From Octopus bimaculoides (taxonomy: Eukaryota), in contig NC_068989.1 of NCBI RefSeq assembly GCF_001194135.2, forward strand, positions 68,514,841 to 68,578,840: DNA of 64,000 bases, given 5' to 3'. Shown in pieces: positions 1 to 11,965 of this stretch (the stretch's first letter is position 1; the number at the start of each line of letters is the position of its first letter). The notes below the pieces were generated by a model. That model worked only from the letters and a program-made list of their open reading frames with translations, was not told where the DNA came from and ran no database searches. A program made the translations under genes and the position numbers.

Positions 1-325
1 TCATGCTAAGGGTTGCCTTGAGGGGTTCTAGTCGAGCAAATCAACCACCGTAATTTTTAAATAAAGGGAAATGTTGTTTACACCATTACTAAAAAATAGC
101 CAAACAATTACAGCTTTGCCCAGGGTCAAAATATAGGTCTCTTGACATGTTCAACAAACCGTGACGCCTAAACCAAACACCAACAAACTTAAGTAATTTA
201 GTAAAGCCAAACACTGATTTGCGAAACTTAACATTCTGGAGCCTATACAAGTGTATTTAAGGCATACATTTTAGGCATCTCCCTAGCGTTGTAAATTGTA
301 AAACATAACTATCACCACTACTATA

Positions 326-370
326 TGAACCTGAAGATTACATAGCTTAATGCATGAAAGTACTAGTTCA
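326..370 (+). ncRNA. Minimal type-I hammerhead ribozyme motif (Penelope-like element type)
   Basis: TGAAC-CTGAAGA-ttacat agctta atgcat-GAAA-GTAC-TA-GTTCA. Helix I TGAAC/GTTCA (5 bp), intact core, helix II 4 of 6 bp, palindromic AGTACT helix III, CUA cleavage triplet at 363-365. Confidence 0.6.
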
Positions 371-478
371 ATCAGAATGGACATTTAATATTCTATCATT
401 TCATCATATATTATATTACATTATATTATTATAAGATTGTAAATAAAACTTGAAAATCACAGTTGGAATTTCTTTGAG

Positions 479-520
<42 letters not shown>

Positions 521-738
521 CAGAATNNNNNNNNNNNNNNNNNNNNNNNNNNNNNNNNNNNNNNNNNNNNNNNNNNNNNNNNNNNNNNNNNNNNNNNNNN
601 NNNNNNNNNNNNNNNNNNNNNNNNNNNNNNNNNNNNNNNNNNNNNNNNNNNNNNNNNNNNNNNNNNNNNNNNNNNNNNNNNNNNNNNNNNNNNNNNNNNN
701 NNNNNNNNNNNNATATATATATATATATATATATATAT

Positions 739-871
739 CGACGGGCTTCTTTCAGGTCGAGTCACCAGGCTTTGGTAGAAGACTCTTGCCCAAGGTGTCA
801 CACAATGGAACTGAACCTCGTAATCATGTGATTGGGAAGCTAGCTTCTTATCACACAGCAACACTGCGCCT
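739..871 (-). mobile_element. SINE family A, 5' half
   Basis: Reverse complement of the head of the copy at 5651-6076 (GCGCAG...CCTTGGGCAAGAGTCTTCTAC...GAAAGAAGCCCGTCG). Confidence 0.85.
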
Positions 872-1737
872 CTTTGTGTGTGTGTGCACGCGCGCGTGTT
901 TGTGCGTGTGTGTATGTGTGTGGAATGTATATATATATGTGTGTCATTTTAAGTGTGTGTTTGTGTACTGTAACTCTTTACCACGATCCCGTTCTTTATT
1001 TCTACTTCCACAATAATGTCTTTGCTCTTGCGTTTGAGCCACCCGCTGAAAATAAAGAATAATTTAAGATATAACTATACATAGCTGAAAGCTTGTTAAT
1101 AACTTTTATTTAATTATCAGTTTGAATTTTTATTAAATATTTTGAAGATAACTTTCATTTTTTTTTTTACTTTATTTTCATTTTTACCCCATTTTTCTTT
1201 TTAAGACTTTTTTTCTCTCCGCTTTCTGCTTCGGTTACACATCGATACTCTCTAAGTTAATTATCTTTCATTTCATATATTATTACTTCCGGAAATTTAC
1301 ATTGATTTTGGGCAGAATAGAGGAATAGAATTAAAGGTTATTGATATTTCGTTTTCTATAATATTGACCTTATCTCAATAAAAGTTAATCTTTCTCGACT
1401 TTCGACCTTTCACGCAAAACCACATTCTAATTATTCTCCAAAGTTTTCCATAAAACACTTTAATTTCTAATTCACTTTGCAGATCGTATACACAATCTAC
1501 GAAGTATTGTTCTTCTGTCTCTCTTCTTATAAGTTCTTCCATTCGCTACCAACAGCATTATTTCATGTGAATTCAACTGAAATAGACTGGGAACGGATTT
1601 CATGTGAAATCAATTTTTGTTGCTGAGGATATATTTCGATATAGGGCATCAGCTTTACGGTCTTTATTGTTGATACATTTCACAGTAATGTAACGTATCA
1701 GATAGATAGATAGATCTATGTGTGTGTGTGTGTGTAA

Positions 1738-1822
1738 ATTGGCTAGAGCGTCGAGCTTACGACTGTGAGGTTGTGAGTTCGAATCCCGGACCGGGCTGCA
1801 TGTTGTGTTCTTGAGCAAGACA
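1738..1822 (+). mobile_element. SINE family C, tRNA-like head fragment
   Basis: TAGAGCGTCGAGCTTACGA...GTTCGAATCCCGGA...TTGAGCAAGACA, near-identical to 36900-36978; B-box GTTCGAATCC. Confidence 0.85.
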
Positions 1823-3149
1823 TGCGTGAAACCGAGACGAAAGTGAAACATTCAGAGTTTTTAGTTTTTTTTAAGTGGGGAGGTGATGGGTGGGCGAGGT
1901 GGAGGAAGGATACTGAGTGTTTCTTTAAGAAAATTTTAAAATTAAAAAAAAATTTCTCAGGTTCGTAGTCTCTGTATTTTTCTACATGGATTAAAAAAGA
2001 AATTCGGAAAAACGCTAGAAATTAAGAAATTGAGGTGGGGGGGGGGATAATTAAAATTTTGAAAATGGGATTTTTGGGCATAATCGCATTCTCCTATGTC
2101 GAAAACATAGAAATCCGAAGAACTTTTGGAAAAAAAAAGCCGAAGTGGGTGGTATGGAAAATGTGCCAATGATTGTACCAGAAAAGCATGGTGTTTGGTC
2201 ATTTTCTGTTGACAAATAGAGTTTTGTGCATTACAAATGCATTCATAACATTGCTGCATTTTTTGACACCAAAAACATTAAAATTTGCAACGTATATTAG
2301 AAGAAAATCAGAATATTGCCGGAAAATGACCTCAAAATTGTGCGACCCGACCTCGCTTTCGAGGTTATTTTTGTAGTAAAAAAAGAGCTGTTGTACAAAA
2401 AAGCATTCTTTATTCGGTAACCGAGAGATCACTGAATCTTTTTATTCAAAATCAGCAACTCTGTTTTCGAATCCATAAGGAACATACGCAGCATACACAC
2501 ACACACTGTTTTATAGATATAGATATACAAGTTTATATATACATACATTCATACTCATACATGCAAAAAAATCACCTGTATCGAAACTGCTCCAGCAAGA
2601 TCTATGAGACGTAGCCGTAGGTAGATCCTGTAGTCCAATTCATGTTATAGTATGAGCGTAGCACCAAACAGGTAGAAGAGAATTGCATTGGAGAAACGGC
2701 GATAAAAATAATTAGCCGTGTAAATGTTCACAAACAGCAAATTAAAGATTCACCTCTTAGAAATGTTCCATGATGTAAGCATCTAGATATGTGTGCTAAT
2801 GGAGAATTTTACATATTTGCCTTTTACAAAATAAGAAAAGGATCAACTACGAAAGGGAAAAGACGAATACTTTATAGAAATTCCAAATCTGAAACTGAAT
2901 CGGAAATAGTCAGCAACAGTTTTAAAAACAACGTCCACTAAACGCATTAGCCCGAAATACGTACGTCTGAAAAGTTGAAACACAAAAGCGTTTGCACAAA
3001 CTACACGCAAAATACACTCTATGCAAACTTCTTGCACAAAAATAAGTGAGATTCTGTTAAATAATTCTTTTTCTTTTACATAGTTAATAACTTTTAAAAA
3101 TTCTTTTTTAACTGTTGCGACTGTATCGAGTAATTTTACAGAAGCGTTA

Positions 3150-3194
<45 letters not shown>

Positions 3195-3196
3195 CA

Positions 3197-3693
3197 TATA
3201 TTGAGGTCCTAGAAATAATTGTTAAGCCCTGGATAGACAGTATATGCAATGGAAGGACATACGTGTTTCAAGTAAGACTCTGCACTATCACACATGGCTC
3301 TAGTAACACGGGAATACATGGCTGAAAATTTTCATGATTACTTAACCCCTAACATTTGACCTCCTAATTCCCAAGATCTCAATCTACTGGACTATTACAT
3401 GTGGAGCGTTGTTGACAGAGAGGTCAATGAACACGCCCATAACACCAAAGATTCTTTGAAAGCTCCCATAGTCAGCCAAAATGAACCTGGACCACTTAAT
3501 TCGAGCACGTAGATGATTTAGATCTCATATAGAAGCAGTTGTTGAAGCTGAAGGTGGCTTTATTGAATAACATTATAGAAAAGAAGGTTTATTTTTATCC
3601 TCATAGCATATTTTGATAAAGTTATTATCTGTTATTATATCTGTTTTTTTTAATAAAGATAAATCTGTCTTCAAATATCTTATGCATCCTGCA
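3197..3693 (+). mobile_element. Tc1/mariner transposase 3' remnant, DD37D (maT-like) spacing
   Basis: Translates as YIEVLEIIVKPWIDSICNGRTYVFQ/DSALSH...NI*PPNSQDLNLLDYYMWSVV...IEAVVEAEGGFIE*. There are 37 residues between the second and third catalytic Asp, plus a frameshift and stops. Confidence 0.85.
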
Positions 3694-4309
3694 TATGTAT
3701 ACGTGTATACATATATATATACACTTATATGTATGCATGTATATATTCGTATTTATATGTACATATGCATATATACACATATGTATATACGTATGCATAT
3801 ATATATATATGCATATATGTTTGTATATATATATATATGTGTGTGTGCGTGTGTGTATGTATGTGTGTATGTACAATTATGTATTTATGTGTACATATAT
3901 GTGTGTGCGTTCGTGTGTGCCTGTGTGTGTGTATGTATGCGTGTGTGTGTGTATTTTTTCTGTCAGTGCGTGTCATTATTTAATTCCGAAAAATTCAATG
4001 GAAAATCTTGAACACCAAAACGTCAATAAATGAAGATATTCCAAAATTCATTTTGTGTCATGTTAACCATTTAAACTACATAGACCATTTAAATCAAGCA
4101 AACCAAACATACTTCACTCAAAAAAATATACAAACCCCTACTGTACGCAGCTTATATAAATACCCCACAAAACACCCCGCCACGTATATAATGGTACAGA
4201 GACAATCATAAATTCAAGTAGGTACACGCAGATCAACTAACGTGGTTTTTTCTTTCCTTTTTTTGACTTCAATCAAAATGTCAGCAAATTGATTTTTGTA
4301 CATTTTATT

Positions 4310-4324
4310 TTTATTTTTATTTAT

Positions 4325-4390
<66 letters not shown>

Positions 4391-4612
4391 GTTGTTGTTA
4401 TTATTACTATTATTATCATTATTATTATTATTTTGTCTCTACAGTGTTTCGTTCATTTTTTATTACTTAGTTATATCGTTAATGCAACATGGTAAAAAGG
4501 AATGTAATTGTTTTGACATTTCTTGCTACAAAACCTAAACAGAGAAAAATAAAATAAATTAAAAAGAGAACATCACCAATAAAAACAAAGCAGAATTATA
4601 CATACATACACG

Positions 4613-4651
<39 letters not shown>

Positions 4652-5015
4652 GCACATGCACATGCCTACACACGTACACACACACTCTCACAAACGCGCG
4701 CGCACAGTATATTCGTGTCGTGTCACAAGAGGGATTGAAATGAACTTTTATGCCATGGTACTCGTTTAACACCTCACATCGTTAGCTCTATCTTAATGGA
4801 TTTGCTTTTATTGTGTAACGGAGATGTTATTTGTAATAACAGGCGTTTGGCCTATGGCATCAGACTCCACTCGGTCTTTAAAGCAGGCTATTATCATTAT
4901 TATTATTATCATTATTACTATTATTATCATTATTATTGTTATTATTGTTGTTGTTGTTGTTGTTGTTGTTATTATCATTATTATTTTTATCAGCAGCAGC
5001 ATAATCATAATCACC
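4310..5015. repeat. (ATT)n and compound ATT/ATC/GTT microsatellites with a (CA)n tract between
   Basis: Direct reading; source of the poly-I/L/Y ORFs. Confidence 0.95.
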
Positions 5016-5564
5016 CTAATAAGAATTATTGATGACTTTTATGATATTTGTTTTCTATTATCTATTATTTTATCATGGCTTACTTTCATTTTTGTTTTTA
5101 AACTCTATGTTCGAAACAAATAGAGAGAATTAGCTTACTATTATAACCATTGTCATCATGTATCAGCCTTGTTCGGGATTTTATTTATTTATATTTACTT
5201 ATTGTCTTTTTTCCATTTTTCTTTTTAACGTCTTAGTATCAGTAGATGACAATTCGAAAACCAAGAACACAATTGGTTTTAATTGCTGACGTCACTCATC
5301 TTTCTGACGCTACTATAACACTATTGATTCACATCTCAAAGATTTCCTAAACTGCAACAAATAAAAATTTGACATATACAAAAACAAAAGAAGACATTTC
5401 AATGAGTCGAAATACAATCAACAAGCTAGGAATTCTATTTATTTATTTGTCTCTTTATTAATCTACTGTTTAGAATTTAATTTTTCGATTTTAAAACAGT
5501 CGGTTTGTGTTCATTTCCAGTAAATAGTCGTTATTTCTCCGTACTGACACCCAAGAATTATATG

Positions 5565-5598
<34 letters not shown>

Positions 5599-5650
5599 TG
5601 TGTGTGTGTATGTATGTATGTATGTATGTATTATGTAATGTAAATATATA

Positions 5651-5809
5651 AGCGCAGGAGCAACTGCGTGGTTAGTAGCTTGTTTACCAACCACATTGTT
5701 CCGAGTTCAGTCCCACTGCGTGGCACCTTGGGCAAGTGTCTTCTACTATAGCCACGGGCCGACCAAAACCTTGAGTGGATTTGGTAGACGGAAACTGAAA
5801 GAAGCTCGC

Positions 5810-5880
<71 letters not shown>

Positions 5881-6076
5881 TTGTGTGTCTATGTCCTCGC
5901 ACCATCGCTTGACAACCGATGTTGGTGTGTTTATGTCCTCGTAACTTAGCGGCTCGGCAAAAGAGACAGATAGATTAAATTCTAGGCTTACAAAGTCCTA
6001 CGATCGATTTCTTCGACTAAAGGTGGTGCTTCAGCATGGCCGCAGTCAAATGACTGAAACAAATAAAAGAATAAAA
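5651..6076 (+). mobile_element. SINE family A, full-length (tRNA-like head, internal (GT)n, hairpin tail)
   Basis: Head with B-box-like GAGTTCAGTCC, then CCTTGGGCAAGTGTCTT, internal (GT)n at ~5812-5890, and tail ...CAGCATGGCCGCAGTCAAATGACTGAAACAAATAAAAGAATAAAA. At least 8 other partial copies in the window. Confidence 0.9.
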
Positions 6077-6451
6077 CAAAAAAAAAAGAATGTATGTATG
6101 TATGTATGTATGCACTAATCCGTTATCCGTTGTAGATGGGTGACTTTGGATGTATCAGTAAATACGGCATACATACAATAATTACAATTTAACTTTCGTC
6201 AAATATTTTTGTACATGTACAAAATGAAAAAAGATAAATACTAGTTTTCGAAAGAAAATTATATATTACCTTAAAAGAAAATTAAACAAAACACACTTGC
6301 TATTCGTATATTTGCAATAAATACATGTTATTTTTCCAAATTTTATTAAATCCACCAGAAAGCTATCTCAGCAAAATTTTGTAAAATAACGTATATTTTT
6401 CAGAAAGTTATAAGACACTCGTCCTGTACCTCTCATATTGAATTTAAATTT

Positions 6452-6700
6452 TGGACAACGATTTCGGGGGAGGGAGTAAGTTGATTACATCGCCCCCAGT
6501 GTTCAACTGGTACTTATTTCATCGGCCCAGAAAGGATGAACGGCAAAGTCGACCTCGACGGAATTTGGACTCAGAATGTGAACACAGACGAAACGCTGCT
6601 ATGCATTTGGCCCTGTGTCCTAAAGATTCCGCCAGCTCGCCGCCGTATACACCTCTAATATTGGCTTCAAATTTTGGCACAAGGCCAGCAATTTCGAGGG
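6452..6700 (-). mobile_element. SINE family B (older tail type), one copy plus tail fragment
   Basis: Reverse complement of GGCGGCGAGCTGGCGGAATC...GTCGACTTTGCCGTTCATCCTTTC...AAGTACCAGTTGAACACTGGGG. Confidence 0.85.
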
Positions 6701-7209
6701 AGACGAAAAGAATAAGAACAAACACTAAAAGAATAAGAACAAACATTAATACTCACAGATACATATATACATGCATACATACATTTATATATGAATAAGG
6801 AAAAAGAGAGAGTGTGAGAGAGAGAAAATGGGGAGAGAGAATGAATGAGTGATATACTGAATTACTTTTGTACGTCATAAGCAATCTTTTGGAAAAATGT
6901 AATGTTTGTAGATTTTCATCAAAAATATTTTTTTCGATTTTCGGACTTTACGTTTTTGCTGTAAAATTCAATATTTGGAAATGCTTTTGGACATCCTGCT
7001 TGATTTAGCGTTCCATGTTTTTCTTTTCTTTCTAATTGTTGTAGTTTGGTGTGGCGCCGTAGTTAACTTTACATCTGAATTATAGAGACAAATATAGACA
7101 GAGTGAAATGAAGTAGAAAATAAATGAAGCTGCAAAGGACAGATTTTGAAAATCAACAAATCTTACTAAAAATGTTCAATTAACAATATATTCGACAATT
7201 GTTGTCAAG

Positions 7210-7932
7210 TCGCCAGAATTGTTAGCCTGTCGGACAGAATATCATGCTGCAGTTCTTCTGATCCTTCGCGTCTTGAGCTCAAATCGCACCAACGTCAACA
7301 TTGCATTTCATTCTTTTGGCCGGGTGGGGAGAATCGATAAACTATAGTACCAGCCAAATAACGGATTCGAATTAATCGACTAAACCCATTCCCTGTACCT
7401 AAATTAGGAACAGAAATCGTTGCTCTAGTTGTTCTTGTATTTTTGTTGAGGGTGGTGGATTGACAGAATCGTTAGTGTCAAACAAAATGCCAAGCAGTAT
7501 TTCTTCCAGCCCTTTACGTTTTGAACTCGCATCCCGCTGAGGAGAACTATGTTTCATCCTTCTGGGGCAAAAGGAAGACAGTACCAGTCAGACACTATGG
7601 TCGAATTAAAATTGCTGTGTTTGTACCTAAATTAGAAACAGATATTCTCTGTGAACTCAAGCGAGGCTTAAACATATTTTTCTTCTATTTTTCTTTCTTG
7701 GATGGTTCAACAAGTATTGTAATCATGGTTTCAATTTTTTGCACAAAACTAGCAATTTCAGGGAGATGATGATTCGATTACATCGACCCCAGTCCTAAAC
7801 TGATATTATTTTAACGACCCTCACTCCGAAATCAAATTCAACATTGCTGAAGTTTGATCGCGGAACCTAAAAAGCTGAAAGAAATGGCACTAAGCATTTT
7901 GTCCTTCATACCAAAATTTCTGCCAGCTCGCT
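7210..7932. mobile_element. Cluster of three degenerate SINE B copies (two +, one -)
   Basis: Repeated AGAATTGTTAG/AGAATCGTTAG heads, TTTCATC..TT..GGG cores and GTACCTAAATTAG tails; inverted copy ends GCCAGCTCGCTGC at ~7933. Confidence 0.7.
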
Positions 7933-8124
7933 GCTTATATGGCTCGGTGATTACAGACTATATTCCATAACCATATTTTTAAATAATGAATTAAAACACA
8001 TGCAATATTTATACATATTTTTTTGAATATCTTCAGTATTTTTCTATTGACGTTTTCTATTGTTGTTGCTAGTGCACTTACAGCAGTAGATAATATGAAA
8101 GCTACTGATTGTCGTAGTGCCTGT

Positions 8125-8155
<31 letters not shown>

Positions 8156-8717
8156 CATTAAAAAGGAGAGGATATAAAGTTTTGATTGTTTCTACAAAAA
8201 AAGGAAAATATGAAAACTCAACGACCCGAATGATTATTAATGGGGAGAAATTCATTCATAGATAAATTATCAACCAGACTTAATAACTTCTTATCTTCTC
8301 ATATTAATCCTTCTACTTAATTTGTTTACCTAAGATTTCGATATATAAAATAACATGATTCGCAATAACAAATCCATAGATTAAAAATAAAAATGAAAAT
8401 ATTACGCATATTTATATACAATTAACTGTATCTCCATGAGTGTGTATGCGTGTGAGGGGGTGCGTATGCACGTATGTATATGTGGATGTATGGATACATG
8501 AATAAGTATTTTGCTGTATGACTGAGTGTACATCAATACGTATATATTTATCTATTGGACGTGTATATATACATATAAATAAATGCTTGCGTGCGCTTGT
8601 GTATGCGTGTGTGTGTATGCATATACATATATAATATAAATATATACTTACCTACACCCAAGTACACATGTATACATATACACAGAGAGAGAAAGAGATT
8701 GCTATACACAGACGTAA

Positions 8718-8737
8718 AGATAGATAGATAGACAGAC

Positions 8738-8823
<86 letters not shown>
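8718..8823. repeat. (GATA)n microsatellite
   Basis: Direct reading. Confidence 0.97.
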
Positions 8824-8824
<1 letters not shown>

Positions 8825-9316
8825 TGTGTCTTAATAACGTTTAATTTAATTTGCTATGAGACTAAGTAAGATTAGGTGATTTAAGATGTATAAAACTTCC
8901 AATCAAAATATATTGTTTCCATTTATTTTCGTTCCAAGTAATCATCTGAAAACTATCCTATTCTATTTTAGTTGCTTAATTAAAACAATTCACACAAACC
9001 AAGACGTCCTGCATTGTAAAGTAATCATTTGTATAGTGTATATGCCAGCTTATGTCAAAGATATAAATCACTACACACCTTACACGTATTTACGTAAGCG
9101 TGGCTGTATGCGTGCGTAAGTTTTCGGTGATGCGAGTGTCTGTGTTTACGGCTGGAATTTGTAAACATGAGATTCTCGTGGGAGCTGTGTTTTTGTATAA
9201 CTGCTGATCAAAAGACGGTGAAAACGAAATGCTGAAAAAGTAAAATAAATTAATGATCGTTTCGGACGAGCTTTCTGTCGAGACAAAGTATATTTTGTCG
9301 AACTCACGCGTATGTA

Positions 9317-9360
<44 letters not shown>

Positions 9361-9938
9361 GGTATGTGTGTGGGTGGATAGATAGATAGATAAATAGGTA
9401 GGTAGGTAGGTAGGTAGGTAGGTAGGTAGCTTAATATATATATTTACATATGTATATAGAATTCATTTTTGGAACATTGGATCTTGAAGCAGATAAGCTA
9501 TAAATAATAGCATGTGAATATTGGGTTAAAAACTGTTTGGATAGAAAATGTCAAATGCTGCCCGTGGGAGTCAAACCCACATTTTCTATAAGGGATAAGA
9601 AAAATTTGAAGGATTTCTATCATTCAATTGTAGAACGCTTGTCATGTTTACAAGAGATGAAGATTCGAGTCTTCGATTTTTTATATCCAAAGGATTTTTT
9701 AAGCCGATACTTATTTACAACTATGAGTTGAAGCATTGGTGTACCCACGATGTTCCGATGAGCTTTCTTCATCTGCACTAATGTGTAAACATGCTATTCT
9801 ATAATGCGTAGCATACATGTTAATGCAAACATATAAAATAATTAATTATAACTGAAATTAATTGTCTCTAAAAACACATACATACATACATACATACATA
9901 CATACATACAATCATACATAGATACACACACACATACA

Positions 9939-10580
9939 CTATAGGTTTAGATTTCTCGAAATTGATTGGAATACAGTATTTTGCGATCTTTTATTAATAA
10001 AACCATTGCTGAACTCATTGTTTCAATTATTTTTGTAGACTGCTTGGTGACTTGCTACAAGGTGGAAACGCCTTAATTCCAACGAGGACAAGTGACTAAA
10101 TAAATAAATTCATTTCTCATACCTCAAGACTTTTATGGTTTATACAATCTTTATGAAATAATTTCTTCGATCCGATCTCCTGAATTTCAGCTGCATAGAA
10201 CTCTACATTATACTCCACCGTTTTGGATTAGTATGTGACTTTCTAGCCATCTCCACAAGAATCCATATATTACACTAAAAATTTATGCATATATATGTGT
10301 GGGTGTATGTGTGTGTGTATCTATGTATGCTTGTATGTATGTATGTATGTATGTATGTATGTATGTATGTGTTTTTAGAGACACAATTAATTTCCACTTT
10401 CATTTGCTTAATTCAATGACCAAATAAATTTCGGGCACAATCGAAGATTTTCTATAGGTTTAGATTTCTCGAAATTGATTGGAATACAGTATTTTGCGAT
10501 CCTTTATTAATAAAACCATTGTTGAACTCATTGTTTCAATTATTTTTGTAGACTGCTTGGTGACTTGCTACAAGGTGGAA
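9939..10580. repeat. 129-bp direct repeat (9939-10067 and 10452-10580)
   Basis: CTATAGGTTTAGATTTCTCG...GCTACAAGGTGGAA occurs twice with 2 mismatches and no gap between the copies. Confidence 0.95.
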
Positions 10581-10667
10581 TTAGATTTCAGATTTAAAAT
10601 AATGAAGCACTCATTTGGAAAATTTGGTACCCAAGGGATAATTAAAGTTTTATTTCAGTGGAGACAG

Positions 10668-10670
<3 letters not shown>

Positions 10671-10719
<49 letters not shown>

Positions 10720-10738
10720 ACAAGGAAGATGACGAAGA

Positions 10739-10822
<84 letters not shown>
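10671..10822. repeat. Compound (GAT)n-(AGT)n microsatellite
   Basis: Direct reading; explains the poly-D/poly-S ORF 10479-10868. Confidence 0.97.
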
Positions 10823-10825
<3 letters not shown>

Positions 10826-11229
10826 TAACGAAGTGTTAACTGAGGTGAGAAACGGAGAGAGATGTTAGGAAAAAAAAGTAGTGATAATGTAATTAGATTC
10901 TTATATATAGATTTTGTTTGTTTAAATTACGAGAAAGAAATCTTTGTAAAGTTGATTGGTTATTCCGAGCTGTGATTCACAGAAAACTAAAAGAAAAACT
11001 AGTTACAAATTAATTTAAAAGAAGNNNNNNNNNNNNNNNNNNNNNNNNNNNNNNNNNNNNNNNNNNNNNNNNNNNNNNNNNNNNNNNNNNNNNNNNNNNN
11101 NNNNNNNNNNNNNNNNNNNNNNNNNNNNNNNNNNNNNNNNNNNNNNNNNNNNNNNNNNNNNNNNNNNNNNNNNNNNNNNNNNNNNNNNNNNNNNNNNNNN
11201 NNNNNNNNNNNNNNNNNNNNACATATGTA

Positions 11230-11289
<60 letters not shown>

Positions 11290-11965
11290 TATACATATGT
11301 ATATACATATATATATACATACTTACATACATATTTACACATACGTATATAGGCATCTATATAGATGAATAGACACATAGACAAATACAAATAGATAGAT
11401 AGATAGGTAGATAGATAGATTTAAATATGTGTATAGATATACACTCATATACATACGCACGTGTATATCAAGATTAAGATGTAAAGGTATATGTATATAT
11501 ATATATGTATGTATGTATGTATGTGTGTATATTTATATGTGTGTGTATGTAAATATATATATGTATGTATATATATATATATATATTTACATATATATAT
11601 ATATATACATGTATATATATAATATTTGTATGAATATGTGTATGCGTATATATATATACATACGCGAATAATTGAGATATATCACAGAGTGGCCAGTGAC
11701 ATATATTTGAAAAAATACTGGTATATCATAAATTCTCCATACACCATAAATTCTCCATTTATTAAAATTATCTCCGCCTGGATAACGTGCCATAATTACC
11801 AAATGACAATTTAGGAGTAAGCCACCTTCATATGAGAAGGGGAGATAATTTCCAGAATCAAGAATTTTTCAAAGTTGACATGTCAATAAGCGTTATGTCC
11901 CGCATTATGACAACGTATTTCGTCTTTTCTGCGGGACTGGCCCGAACAGCGTACCTCGCTAACTG

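Noticed and set aside
1940-2525. Possible Helitron/Helentron-type non-autonomous repeat ending CACACACTGTTTTATAGATATAGAT
   Set aside because: Only the 3' end is suggestive; I see no second copy, subterminal hairpin or coding motif.
2576-2627. Minus-strand IDLAG, resembling the kinesin DLAGSE motif, before a GT donor
   Set aside because: The following residues (AVSIQ) do not match, and a stop lies shortly upstream; likely chance.
8023-8130. Signal-peptide-like ORF (NIFSIFLLTFSIVVASALTA...)
   Set aside because: It starts at TTG and runs into poly-T; T-rich DNA gives hydrophobic translations by default.
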